A stretch of 62,937 bases of DNA, filler included, from Choristocarpus tenellus KU-1152 (taxonomy: Eukaryota > Protista > Phaeophyceae), in the NCBI GenBank assembly GCA_964200185.2. It is 14 parts of 14 records of this genome, joined end to end, with 100 filler letters (N's around TTAATTAATTAA, not from the genome) between each part and the next. Parts side by side here need not be neighbours in the genome. Positions count along the whole stretch, not along the records: positions 34,063 to 36,968 come from CAXNAD020023753.1; positions 37,069 to 40,942 come from CAXNAD020017452.1; positions 41,043 to 44,588 come from CAXNAD020019340.1; positions 44,689 to 48,706 come from CAXNAD020016644.1; positions 48,807 to 51,991 come from CAXNAD020021700.1; 9 more parts are not named here. The stretch is one strand, 5' to 3'. Under the pieces are notes generated by a model. That model was not told the DNA's origin and did not search any database. It saw only the letters and a program-made list of their open reading frames with translations. The position numbers and the translations under genes were made by a program. Each line of letters starts with the position of its first letter. The first letter of the stretch is position 1. Of the stretch, positions 36,168-49,550 are shown piece after piece.

Positions 36168-39100
36168 TTGTGTGACCCTCACGAGTCGCTGCCTGGCAAC
36201 CTGGGTACTAGCACACACTACTTTGGTGCTGATCCATGGTGTACTGGAGTGTGGATGGTGACTCTTCGTAGAGTGACGTGTCTTGGGGTCGTGAATTCTG
36301 TCAGTGGCACTGGCTGTGGGAGGTGGACTTGTCAACGACCGAGCTGGGGCCCTGTTGAGGGGTGCTTCCCCCGCTCGGTGACGTTCCACCTCTGTACGTA
36401 GCCGTTGGCATTCACGTTGTAACTGCACGAATTCTGTCCGAGGGACCTGTCCATGACGAGGATTATGGATCATAGCGCTAGTATAAGTTGTTGTGGGGGT
36501 GGGGTTATTACCAGACAGATTGTTAGCTTCATGCCGCTTGGCACGGTCACGAGCTAGGGCAAACGTGGTGGCAGGTTCGCCCCGAATCTGTTCAAGACGA
36601 ATCACAGGGAGTAAGTTGTCTTCCATCAGAGTTATTTTCAGTTGCTCGACAAGTAAAGTTTTTGTGTCGACTGAATCTGAGGACGATGTTGTGCGAAGAA
36701 TATAATCTAAAAAATGATTCATTGCTGTTGTGCAACGTAAAGTATATTTGTCGACCGAATCATTCTCTCTCTGTTTCAAGGGCGTTAGTCTACGGGCTGA
36801 TACACTTACAGCATGGGCGGGGGTAAATGCTGTGATCAAGGCTTTCTGGACATCATCCCAAGTCTTTGGAGGTGTAATGGGGATAGGGGTGTTAAGAGAC
36901 GATTCCAATCGAGCCAAATCACTTGTTGAACGCCACTCTACCGTACCCGCCAATGCCTGAAAATAAAANNNNNNNNNNNNNNNNNNNNNNNNNNNNNNNN
37001 NNNNNNNNNNNNTTAATTAATTAANNNNNNNNNNNNNNNNNNNNNNNNNNNNNNNNNNNNNNNNNNNNTGTGTGTTGTTGTTATTTTGAGATGGAGTAGG
37101 TTATTACAAGAGGGGGGGGGGGGGGGGGGGGGGGGTTATTGGATCAGTACAATGGTATGAGTGACACCGCTGCTGATGGTATATCATAAAAATATCATAC
37201 CACTGTCAGTTTCTTTCACAGTGATAACCCTAACCTTTCACTTCACTGCACCTTCTTCTGCCTTACGCACTACGGGTTGTGGGAGATACACTGGCTAGAA
37301 TGTATGAGGGAGGTGGAAGGGTGCACTTGTGTACTGGTCTAATTTTGTTGTGTAGATAAAAGGAGGACTAAAAGGTCCTGTAGTGTGTTGGTGAACGGAG
37401 TTGGGTGTGGGAAAGCTGCCTGGCGTTGAGAGTCAGGTCCACTTGTAGTTGGTTGGGTTTGGTAGCATGGTGTGGTGAGTGTAATTTGCTTGCTTGCAGC
37501 TTGTGATGGAGTTTTTTTGTGGTGACTCAGAAGCAAGCACAATTCGTTGCATTTTGTGACTTGTAGAAGGAGGCAGGGTCATTTCACAGTGTAAAGTTCA
37601 TGGGTTGCAGTACTACAATATCAATTTTTGGAGGGTGTGTATAATGTATGGTTCACCTCTTTTGAGGGAAAATAATAATTTGAAGTGGACTCTGCAACAT
37701 CTACATGTTTTGATGCAGTGATACAGACGATGGTCATATTTTTTTATTTCCTTGAGCTCTTTTGTCGAGACAAGGTTAAAATGATAAGGCCAGTGTGTCA
37801 GCATGGTAGGCACGTGTGTCTGGTGCTTCCTGAACTTGAATGTTTGAGCTAGTTACAAACTACTGCTGTGTTGTGCAGCAGTCAATTGCTGTACAGTCAT
37901 GACCTGAGAAGCCTTCTGGTGAACTGCAAGTAACTTGTCCGACCAGGTTCTGTGAGGAACAGAGGAAGAGGTGTGAGATTTTTGAGAGTCACTGATCTTG
38001 CCGGGGTCTGCACCCTCTCTGATGTGTATGCTTTTAGAGAGTTAATATTGATTTTAAAAAAATGTAAAGATGTTTGCGTACGCATCAGTGCACTAATCGG
38101 GTTTGACTCACTTTGCTCTCAACAACCTTGTGTTTTGAATGCAGCAGGAACCTACTTTGCCATTATGTGCATAATGAGCAACCCAACACAGAGAATTTTG
38201 AAAATGGAGTGAATACACTGAGAACTCTGGGCGGTTCTTCACCAAACCTTTAATTTCTGTATGAGAGGGTCAACTCCACTGGGCCAGGATTATTACAAAA
38301 CATAAATTTCCAAAAGGAGCAATTGGGCGTAGTGAGCGAGGTCTTTTATACTTACAGACTCCGTGTGGCGTGTGATTGTTCGAAGATGGTTTGAGCCAGG
38401 GTGTGTGTTGTTGTAGATTGCTCATCGTGTCAGGTAGGTAAAGGCTCTCTTCTCATTATCTCGTGAACCAACACAGAGCTGCTTAATGAACCCTTGATTA
38501 AGGAAGCAACAAATTTATTCTTCATTCACTCAACAGTAGTTCCAAACTTAAGAAATCAACAACAGTTGATCAAATGCACCAGAGTGGACCACGCCAGCAA
38601 TTCAATCTCTTGTCTTTTTTAGACACCAACCATGCTCTACTGTCCTTCAACTCCTCTGGTTGATTTCGATTGGGGTAGGAAGCCTCCTTTGTTTTGGTCA
38701 ATCATAGTCTGCTCACACCCATACAACTCCATCACCACCCAACACCCAATCATAGTCTACAATACACGACTCTTATTCTGTAGAATCATAGATTCCTGTA
38801 TCAAACTCTGTCCAAACCTGTTTCATCCCCCCCCCTAGGCCAAGGCAGGGGGGGTGGGATTAGGTATGGATGGGAAAGGGAAGTGCGTCTAGTGTGCAGT
38901 GGGAAGTTATGTTCGTGCAGGTGGATTAGGGTGTGTGCAAATCTCCGTAGAGCATTACCTGCCCCACCTCTACTTTACTCCCACAACAAAAAACCATTTT
39001 AGCTCCCCTCCTTCATCGGGTCAAGTGTGGCAGTACATTTGGGGAACATTAATATTTTGGTGCTCAGAAAAACAGAAAATTCACCGGCCTTGACATGGCA

Positions 39101-41169
39101 GACGCGTTGGATGACCTGCAAGGAACACATTACCACTGCTGCAACCGAGACATTTGAACTCAATAGAATAGTCAATAATCTTTTACCACCTGTGACAAAG
39201 GCCTTGGTGTAGAGTCAGTCACAAGTGCAGGCATTTCAACACCCCCCTCAAAAAGAACGCACTCCTTCCTCTCTCTCCCTAACCCTAACCCCTTCCAAAA
39301 TGTCCATCTACATCCCCCCTCCTCATGTTTGTGTGTGTGTGCGATCTGGGATGCAGAGACTTGCAGCCGCCACTCACACTTAACTCAAAACTACATAATA
39401 TAATATACAAATGTACACAGGTTGACTTGCTCTTTGCCTGCATACATCCCAGTGGAATCTGTACTGCCTCTTCCCGGTCTAATTACACCATCTACGTCCT
39501 CCCATGTGAGGCATCACTTCTCTTCCTCATCACCATCCTTGTCTTGTGTCATCTGTGGGCGAGGGAGAGGCCGCTCACTTAAGAGCAACCCTCTATTCAG
39601 TCAAGCATTCCGTTCACTCCTGATGCAGGTAGTCCTACACTTGTTAAAAGCTCTCTGACAACGCAGGCAGACCGCCTGTTCTCACACTCATCCCACAGCA
39701 GTTCATCCTTACCATCACTCCCCCCCTCCCCCCCTACCCTGCAACCAATCACGGCTCCAATCATTTCCACCCCCAAGAGTCAACACACACATAAACAAAA
39801 CCCAATCCCTATATCTAGAAGAATGAGGGCACACTTGCCCACCAGTTCCGGGTTCATCGTAACGAACGCCTGTCCACTTCATTCCACATCATGCTGCATC
39901 TAGTCTTGTATGTACAGTGATGCGTTTCACACGCCACACCTTTCCACACTCACACTTGCTGCCAACCACCTCCCCTCGACCCTTACTCCTGTAGAGGGGA
40001 CTCGGGCATGGTGTGACAAGGTCGTCGAGGAGTGCGCTCGTTGACACCATCGGCAGAGACGGCAGGGGAGCTGGGACACTCTTTCCAGCAGGGCTATATC
40101 TCGCAAGAAGCAGGCGGATAATGAAACAGAGGCGTAACAAAAAAAAAGGAAACTTCGAGGTTAGGTTAATCTTGGCATAAATAATGCCAAGAGAGAGCCA
40201 GTTCAACCCCGCGATCCATCGTGCAATTTTAATACAGACTATACCCCCACCTGTATAGACTCTTTTTTTTTTTTTTCAGAGCACTGATGCGCGTCGTGTC
40301 CAAGATACAACCAGATTAGGTTTTCACATTAAGATTTCTATCTGGTTGGTTAGGTTTTCACACTACCGAGGGTTTTTTATTTGGCGCTGCTGTGAGATCA
40401 CTACCTACAGAAGGCTCGCGACCCCAACCCGTGCGTTTCTTGGGTGGGTGGGGAGCAGGGGGATCCACTATCAATAGGAATCATCAAGCAGAGAGTTACT
40501 ATGTTGTTAGCAAAACCAAAATACCGTACCGGGTGCTCACAGCATCAACACCAAGGAGTAATGGGTGACGGTTGGAAGGGGCAGTCTGTGGAGAGTTATG
40601 TTCCCCGGGATGGAAAATTCGTTACAGCGGCTAGTTTACTCTGTGCCAATACATCACACTTAGCTCCAGAGACCGGATGATCAACGGGTGAGGCTACCAT
40701 ACACAGAACTCGCACACACAAAGAAGTTCACACAGGGCGGGTAGGTACTCTATTGATAGTCATCATTGCAATAAATCAGGTCCATGAGCGCCGCTATTCT
40801 GAATTTCAACTATCAATACCGATAGATGCCTTTGGTTAATCAAGGGGACCGGCGATGGGGGGGGGGGGGGGGGGGCCCCTGGGAGGGACGGTCCCGAAAG
40901 GTTTAAATAAAAAAAAAGGGAAGGGAAAACCCCCGGACGGGANNNNNNNNNNNNNNNNNNNNNNNNNNNNNNNNNNNNNNNNNNNNTTAATTAATTAANN
41001 NNNNNNNNNNNNNNNNNNNNNNNNNNNNNNNNNNNNNNNNNNATGCAGCTGACCCATCCACAATCCCTCCCATCCACCCCACCCCAACACATGACCGCAC
41101 CCCCGTCTATTCTCCCATACCCATTCCGTCAACCCCAACCTCTCCCCACAACCCACACCCACACCCACA

Positions 41170-42650
41170 TCCTCCTTGGATTTCCCACCACCACCCCCAT
41201 CTGCACCATTGTTTTACTTACTGCCTACTATGACTGGCCTCTGATCCAAATGGATGCCAAGTCTGCCTTTCTCCAGAACACCCTCCACGACCGTGTTTTA
41301 ATCCATCCAGCTGACTTTCCCGAAACCAACACTCATGGCCAACCTCTGGTATACTGGCTCAAGCCCACTGTGCCTGGCACCAAAACTTCCATTACACCCT
41401 TATTGCCCTTTACCTTAATCCCAGTGTTGCTGATCCCTGCATTTACACACAAGGGGAAGCTGAGCTCATTTCGTTCGTGTACGTGGATGACATGGGTGGG
41501 CATCACAGGCTGCAATCCCACCCTCATCAACAATACGCAACACCGACTCCAACAGCAATTCGACATGGAAGACCTGGGCGAAGAAGAATGGATCATTGGG
41601 ATTTAAATTGTTCAGAATCTGCCCAAGCATGAGACTATACTTACACAGGAGCTCTCACCATCTTCGCAGCTTGCTGTCATCCCTAGGATTTGATGCCAAG
41701 ATATTAAAACCTGAACTGAATGCATTGTACTTCTGAGCAAAATGCATAGTCTACGTTGCAAGGAGAAATCATAGTACTGCAAAGCACCAATGAGTAAAAT
41801 GCTTAGTCAGTGTGGTAAAGAGATGTGATAGTGCTGGAAAGCACCGATGTATTTATTCTGTTGTAACTGAGGACATTGATCTCTCAGTCAAGAATCATGT
41901 GATGTGAATTCAGTGTTCTTTCTTGAGATACTCAACGAAGAAAGAAGTCCATGCTCTGTAGAGAGGTTTGTTACCTTAGCGGACAAGTGTGTCCGTGGAT
42001 AGTTTTAACATCCATGTGTGCATCAGGTACACTTATTGCAGAGTGAGCTTGTTGCATTTTGTGGGGTCAATGGCAACCAAGGAAGATATAATAATCAACA
42101 ATTAACTTACAACTGTCATCTTCTGGTGGGTAAAATGAAGAAAGAGAGAGGAAACAAAAAAGGGGAAACAACAGAAAAACAGAACAAGCTTGAATCAATA
42201 ATATGTGATGCAACTCAAGTGATGCATACTATTCCTGTGTGTAGAATGTCGACCGACTGTTCTGTACTGAGGTGTTACGATGGTAATTGATGTGGTGATG
42301 ATGAACTAGTGACAGTAATGACCAGTGCGTAATGGACCAATGAACGTCAGTATTGACTGGTGGAACTGTATTGTTTCAGGGAAAAATATAAATGAATAGC
42401 CTATTATGTTTGACACAAGACACCGCTCACCATCCACGAGGACAACCCAGGCGCGCATACATCTGGTGACCAACCTAGACTGTAGCTCTCGCACCAAGCA
42501 TGTTGACGTTCGGCTCGCCTTTCTCCTGGAAACAGTCACTGCAGGGGTCATTCGTGTTGGTGACGTTTGCACCAAGGACCAACTTGCTGTTGCTTTGACC
42601 AAAGATCTAGAACAACTACGCTTCGAAGACCTTCGATCCACACAGAATTC
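41170..42650 (+). mobile_element. Degenerate Copia RT and RNase H fragments
   Basis: LIQMDAKSAFLQ, VYVDD (frameshifted, about 41476), FDMEDLGEEEWIIGI, and RTKHVDVRLAFL...DQLAVALTK. Confidence 0.88.
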
Positions 42651-42895
42651 TTACTACCTCCCTAAAACTGACTCTTAGTCATATGTTTTTTCTTTTGTCT
42701 TCACATCGAATTGATTTATGTTCCACTCACAACACTTATCATGATTACTTTACTTCTTGTATGTAACCTGTGAGATATTTTTTGTGCTTGGAATCATGTC
42801 TTTCTCTTTTCTTCTGCATCATCTATCAAATTTTTTGTTTGTAGCATACCATACTCCTCCACTAATGTTCCACTTCTTTGAGTGGTGGGGGAAGA

Positions 42896-43390
42896 TGTTA
42901 AAACATATGATACATATCTTCAACATGTTTTATACGATGCAGTATTACGAGTTCATACTGACTGTTGATTTGCATATAGGTACTGGTTGTTACTCACATC
43001 TACATTATTGGTACCTCATCATAGCATCATCAATCATTTTTAGAACATTATGGTACATAGGAAGCATAGAACAGTCGCCACCTATCAAACATACAAGTAT
43101 AGAATATGCTATATGAGGTATCACAGTTATTGATTCAAGTTTGTCTATTTTTTCTTGTTTTTCTTCACATCAGAGTCACTAGTTGTGTATCGTATGTTGA
43201 TTGTTCTTTCTCCTCTGACTGGTATTGCCCCACCTATAACATCAAGTTCACTCTACATTAAGTGTACCTGGTACACACCTGAATATCATATATTCAGAGT
43301 TAAAACATCTTCCGAAACCCTTCTTCACAAGGTGCGAAGCCTCTACTCTGAGCATGTAGTTATTTGAGCGTTTCAAGGAATACCCACAAC
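42896..43390 (+). mobile_element. Probable 3' LTR (family F) after a polypurine tract
   Basis: GGTGGGGGAAGA|TGTTA downstream of RNase H. Inverted homolog at about 49082-49550. The right boundary is approximate. Confidence 0.7.
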
Positions 43391-45159
43391 CTTGTATCAA
43401 ACAACCTCTGTGTATAGTATGCCAAGAGGTTCATCGGAACAAATTCGCTAGTTTTTCACTGCAGTATGATGCCCCTCACTACAAACCTGTCACTGCATAA
43501 GAAAGCGCGATTCATTGAAATACCAGGTTTCAACAATAGTATAGCAGGACCTGATGAGAACACACAAGGGGCTTTAATTGTGTAAGGAGACAGGGGTGGA
43601 GAAAATATGTGACAGTGAGTGACAATACTATAGTCTGCTGTTATTAGAAGTACTCATGCATAATGTTATAGAAAATGCCAACATGATCAACAAATAGGAA
43701 GCAGAGTACATGAGGCACTTGATAAGGGGGCGCCCAGCACATGACAGACAAGAGTGGGATAAGATAAGAGGATAGTGTACTACAGGGGATTTATTTATTG
43801 GACAAGGGTCGAAAAAGGTTATTGATGTTACTACGAAGTCAGTGAAAGGGAGAATGTTGTGTATGAAACCATATTATATGCTATTGATTGCGGAGAATGT
43901 GTGGGGTGGAAATGATTCAGTATCAGTTGTGATCTTATACAATCTAGGACAGACAACAGTAGTGGAAAGGTGTACCACATTTGTCAAATATGTCGAAGAA
44001 TATGATAATGGCGCATGATTCAAAACTCCACATCTTGTGGTGGAGCACGCAATTAATTTGAAGCACAATCTCAATAATAAAAAATGTATTGGGTTTTCGA
44101 ATCAGTGACGTCGTATCAATAATTTGCAATACCATCTAGATCCCAGACCTGTAAACGTAGTCTGGGTACTTTACGGTACATATATCTTGAAGTGTAGTTT
44201 AGGGCAAATCTATTACCAGAAACATGTTTGTATACGTAGGGTGTCTGTTGATTGGAAGTGGAGATCACTCACACCCTCTTCTAATATAATCATTTTTACG
44301 ATTATTATTACCTCTATGCCGTAAGTTTGTGCCGTAAAATATCTGGGCTCGCTGAGCAAGAACGGCGCTGAATCGGACGATAACCCCACAGAATGAAGTC
44401 GGGTTGACAATCTCAGCTTTCAGAAAAGGTGAGGGATCAAGTACAAACTCAAGGTGCTTCAAGCCGTCAAAGTAGGGCTCTTTTGGGGTGATTTTGATGC
44501 CAGAACTGGGCACGTCTAGAGTCAGAACGTTAGCATGGCAATACCTGGTCGACCCCCCAAATAGGAAGGGGCCCAAGTGTCCCTGAATNNNNNNNNNNNN
44601 NNNNNNNNNNNNNNNNNNNNNNNNNNNNNNNNTTAATTAATTAANNNNNNNNNNNNNNNNNNNNNNNNNNNNNNNNNNNNNNNNNNNNAAAAAAAAGTTT
44701 TTTTTGACCGAAATGGCCGCCCCCCCATACCCCCCCCCCCCCCTCCCCCTCCCCCAGATACTTTGACCCTTAAGCAATCAACCTGTAAGGGGATATTTTC
44801 GGTTTCCTCATAAAAAATTGCTTCAATAAAACTTCAATGAGCCCAGGAAGGCTGTAGAGTCTATCACTACAGAGTGGTGTTGGACATTCCACACCTTTGA
44901 ATAATCTCTTTTGAAACACTTAAGAGGGATCTGCACACAAGGCACAGACTCATGTGCACCCTATTGCAGCTTCATCTCACAAAAGTACTCTAGAACAGAG
45001 AAAAAGGAGACTTGATTTTGCACATCATTGTCTTCTACCAACAGATGTGTCAGGGCGTAGTTGAGAGCGTTTGCATTGGTTATTATCTTCCTCCCTAATA
45101 TGTATACCACACATCTACAGTAGGCGACCCCTGCCTTCTTATCTATCTTGTCTTCCCCG

Positions 45160-46585
45160 TCAATCCACAGTGAAAAATACTAAGCTTCCAAACCAAAGGC
45201 GGTGGACAATGAGGAACAGTAGTCCTGACACCACAGGCATACATAGGTTATCATCTACTCCTAGTGGTAAAACCTCTGCCACTGCCCCACATATTCCCCC
45301 CATTCCTGCCATGGTGAGGGTTAGGCCCCAAGTCCTCGCCCTGAACAGGAAGATGAAGAGTGACAAGCTCCCCAGGGCACATACCACGAACGCAGCTATT
45401 GTACCCTTCTCAAATTGTGTAGGAGTGGTGGTGGTGAGAGGATAATGCAGGGTTAATTGAGTAGGACAATTGGCAGAGATGGTTACAGGGGAACTCAATG
45501 CTTTGAAATGAGGTTGCCCAACTACTACTATACTACGTTTGGGGGAAGCGGTGGTAGTTTAGGTAGCAGGACACTCAATGGTCAATATCTATCATCGCAT
45601 CTCTGCCTCTGAAGGATCTCAGACTGGCAAGTATCAAAGCAATCACTCACCGCGATTGACTTCCCTCCAGGCAAAAACCGATTGCTAGACCCCCTGCTGA
45701 TCCCCACAACGGCAGCTGCAGGATCTCCCACAGATAGATGTAAGAGGCTGATTTGATGACACAACGTGGATTTGAGTGACAACTTGTTATCTGGATTAAT
45801 AAGCGCCTGTAAGTGATTGCTCCACTACCTCATGTTGCAATAAGGGAAGATAGTCACATGTTAGAGAAAATAGACTAGAGAGGACGCGGTACTTCTTACA
45901 GCTAAGCCGGAAAACTTGCCTCTGCACAGCGATGGGTTTTGGGAAGAGAGCGATGGCGATGGCGGAACCGAGGAGAAACCAGAAGGATCCAGGCAATCCA
46001 TTAATCTCACTTGGGCGCAAGAGCGGTCCAAGCACCCGCATGTAAACGTCGTTTACCTTCATGTAGCGAGACCTCACAACATTCAAGACGATCAAGCCCA
46101 CACAGGACAAACAGAGAAGGACGACCACTTGGAGAAATAATGAGGAAATTAGATTAGAGTTGAGGCAACCGAGAAATGAGGCAGTAGAGTGCTAGTTTGA
46201 TGCTCCCTTTATAAATGATGAACAGCAATACTTGACAATATTGAAGGTACTCGGCGAGACAGGTGGGTACTGGGATTGGCAGATGGGGGTGACCAGTTTG
46301 GCAGGACACTGAGAAACACACTACTTCCGGGGCCTCGACATTCCCAGCCAATCTCCTGCAACAGGAGTTGGCGACGATGTTCATGGACTCACCAGTACGT
46401 AAGTCAGTGACAAACCATTGGTAGGTTGCTGCAATGACAAGGCCACAACCAACGTGCTGTGCTCGTCGCCTCCAATGTAAGTCATGACTGTTCTTCAAAC
46501 ACGACACCTTCTCTGACTCGCCATTTTGTCGAAACGAAAGAGCAATAGGGATTGCGAGAACAGCACAAACGGAAAGGGCACTCAT
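45160..46585 (-). CDS. CTP-dependent lipid kinase (DGK1/dolichol/phytol kinase family), complete, 4 exons
   Basis: Exons 46585-46393, 46127-45920 (GC donor), 45747-45651 and 45405-45160. Motifs RRRAQH, LLRPSE, GDPAAAVVG, GKSIAG and DDNLCMP; several TM segments. Confidence 0.9.
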
Positions 46586-47196
46586 CTAAAACTCTCTTGA
46601 GTCTGGAGGATTCTGTTGGTACATGCCACTAACAGATTTTCAAACTGACAACTTTGGGGTCCTGGAAAACCGCAAACATACCAATTGTAACCCTCCCCCC
46701 AACAAAAAAACTGGTCGGTAAATGAAGTATATACTGATAGACGAATTGATCAAATTTGGAAACTAGGTTGCAGTGGACGGGAGGTTCACACTGTTGTGTC
46801 CATCTACGCCTTCATAGGTCGCATTTGTTTTGTGGGCCGTCCGTCTGACTTGACTTCTTCTTTGGGGTGTGGGAGACTCCATTCTTGATTCACTGGAGGC
46901 GTATCAGGGGAGATACCAACGATCATGCTGGATTGGAGATGTGACTAGTTTCTAGGGACTGAGAAAGCAGGAACATACCGAGAATTTGACCAATACCTCC
47001 AGCTGATCACACCGACATATCGAGGCTGTGGTTAGGTTGGTGGTGTTGGTCGTCCCAGTTTCTACCTCGACACTTGAAGCAGTACTGCTAACCTTGGTCT
47101 CATCAAAGGCTTTTATTGTAGTTATTCACTCAACCCACAGTTACTGGTGTGGATTGGAGTGGTGAATTGTTGTTCAGTAGAGCTGGGTTTTCCATT

Positions 47197-47895
47197 ATGG
47201 CTCGATCTGATTTAGGGCATGGAGATGGAAGCCAGGAATTTACCCAAGCAACGCAGGAGGAAACAAACCTAGGTGAGACTCTAACGCCGTGGATGCCAGT
47301 TTGCAATGTTGCTGAAACACAATCGCCTCCCTCGTGTACATCTTTCACTTCAAGGCGTGTATGATAATTCAATGACGGTAATAGCTTGGAATTGATTCAT
47401 CTCTCGGTTTGTTTGCCTGCCATGCTAGACCACATCCCTTGGGTCCCTCTGCGCAAGATGTTTGTTTTGTCCAGGGCATAGTAACCTCCACACGGTTTAT
47501 GCGTCGAAGATCTCATATAGTTGGCCTTAGTAGTTTGACTTTCATCCTCTTATCTCAACTCTACGATTGGGTGTGATTTCTTATCCCAAATCCATGGCAC
47601 GAAAGAGGATCGTGAACAGTGTTTGATGTAGCTTCACTGTTTCGTGGATGGAGATAAAATATCCTCGCCACTGACACAGTTTGTGCTTGCTCCTCCTGAA
47701 CCAGAGCTGGACGAGTTCACACAGGTTGAGCCATGCCCAGAGAACGGAAGTGATGATGAGCAGTGTGACAAGCAAACAAAACCGATTCCATGGGGAAGGC
47801 TCATACCTCTAGCTGGTGGTGGAGCTATCCCACTGATGCCCCGTCCAGAGCAATTTGGACGGTCCCTGAACGAGGTGGCTTTGGGTAGGGGCAAG
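47197..47895 (+). CDS. CHK2-like checkpoint protein N-terminus (SQ/TQ cluster and start of an FHA domain), partial
   Basis: Exon 47197-47272 encodes GSQEFTQATQEE. Exon about 47654-47895 encodes LTQ..FTQ..PWGRLIP...VALGRGK. No kinase domain is in the contig. Confidence 0.65.
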
Positions 47896-48468
47896 GTATG
47901 CGTGGAAGCATAATTGTTATTGCATCATTGCAGAAAGTCCAATGTAGCAGCCAAGTGTGACAATACTGTGGGGAACTCATCTTTCTTGAACTCAAATCAT
48001 TGGTCCTAGGAAGAATTTTTTTTCTCATCTCCAAAGTCTTTCTTACCCCACATATGTGGGCACTTGGCTGAACATACGATATACTCGGCAAAAACACTTT
48101 TTGGCAGGCATGTGAGATTCATGTGAATGATAGGCGAGTAAGCAGCACCCACTGCCGAATCTACTGTGAACCTGTGTCTGGACCACTTGGTGTGATGGAG
48201 GTGAGAGCCCACATTTGAACTAATTGCTTGGATCTTTGGCTGTGGTGCGCATGTATACTACTCATGTGCTGCTTGTTCCCTGTCTTGTGTATACTTGATT
48301 TTCTAAACTCTTTTGTGTTTAGGAGGGCTGGAAGGGCAGAGATGCTAAGCTTTCAATGGATGAAGTATATATGATTTAGACAGCTTCAACATCTCTGAAA
48401 CCCTTATTTGATTTGCCCCTTGTAGCATCAATGCCCCAGCAGAAGGCACGAAATCTAGTGATATTACC

Positions 48469-48658
48469 GGGTCAAATTATCTGGGGGGGGGTGCCGGTGT
48501 CCGTTTTTGACCCTGGCTCAAAGTATCTGGGGGGGGTGGCGGCTGTCTATTTGGGGCCAATTTTTTCATGTCGTGATTTTTGGGTGATTTGGTTCCATGC
48601 GTTGGATGGATAATGAAAGTACACTTTTCCTGGTTTTGTCCAAATGGACACTCTGGTG

Positions 48659-48690
<32 letters not shown>

Positions 48691-48706
48691 ACCCCCCCCA
48701 CCCCAC
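48469..48706 (+). mobile_element. MITE B (from 48515) nested in a MITE C terminus
   Basis: GGGTCAAATTATCTGGGG..CCGTTTTTGACCCT is followed directly by GGCTCAAAGTATCTGGGG... Confidence 0.8.
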
Positions 48707-49081
48707 NNNNNNNNNNNNNNNNNNNNNNNNNNNNNNNNNNNNNNNNNNNNTTAATTAATTAANNNNNNNNNNNNNNNNNNNNNNNNNNNNNNNNNNNNNN
48801 NNNNNNAAATCGATAAAAGGGTGAAAAACGGACGCCGACACCCCCCCCAGATATTTTGAACCACATGTCAACACAAACACTGAACATTTTGAAAACAGAG
48901 AGACCCATTGAAACCGATGCGTGAGATTTGTTGAAATCTGGGATCGATTGAACTATCCGCTTTTACGGTGATTGGCTGGTTGTGGTGAAGGGGTGTCATA
49001 GTGCAATGAAGAATAGATGAAATTCTGCTGATGAACCTAAGCAACATGCTTTGCACAGTACAAGACTATCTGGTACAGCGA

Positions 49082-49550
49082 TGTAGGGTATTCCTTGGTA
49101 CATTCAAAGGAAGAGATTAATATCTGTTTGTATAGGGGCTTGTCACCTTGTGAAGAAGGGTTCGTGAATGTTTGAACTCTGAATACATTGTATCCAGTTG
49201 TGTGTCAAATACACTTAGTGCAGAGTGAACTCGAGGCCTAAGCGGGAACAAGGCCAATCAGAGAAAAAATAATAAGCAACACATCAGATGCAACTGGTGG
49301 TTCTGATGTGAAGATCAAAACGGAGAAATTTGCTTCAGTCAATATCTGGGACAACCAATATGGCACGTACTATGCTTGTATGCTTGATAGGTATCGACTG
49401 TTCCATACTTGGTATGCACCATGGAGTTGTAACGGTGACTGATGATCTTATGATGAGGTACGAACGATGTAAATGTGAGTAACGACCTGTACCGATATGT
49501 GCGAATCAATAGTCAGTATGAACTGGTAATACTGTATCTTATCAATGACA
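49082..49550 (-). mobile_element. Probable solo LTR, family F
   Basis: Reverse-complement similarity to 42930-43390; boundaries approximate. Confidence 0.65.

Larger units (their letters stand above)
34063..36953 (-). mobile_element. Ty3/Gypsy relic: gag, zinc knuckle, protease and duplicated integrase zinc region; no RT/RNase H visible
   Basis: Gag LKQRENDSVDKY. Protease INTASDVPCISE..LRTANGSPL. Integrase QLVVPHSLVRLVLHACHDHALSGGHLG...WCRDCQACQ...PFQRVAIDL. About 34206-34609 is duplicated at about 34638-35069. Confidence 0.9.

Noticed and set aside
37560-38210. Possible C-terminus of a non-LTR restriction-like endonuclease (ELKEIKKYDH) on the minus strand
   Set aside because: Too degenerate, and no RT motifs were found to support it.
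44265-44576. 103-aa ORF at a contig end
   Set aside because: No motif I can assign with confidence.
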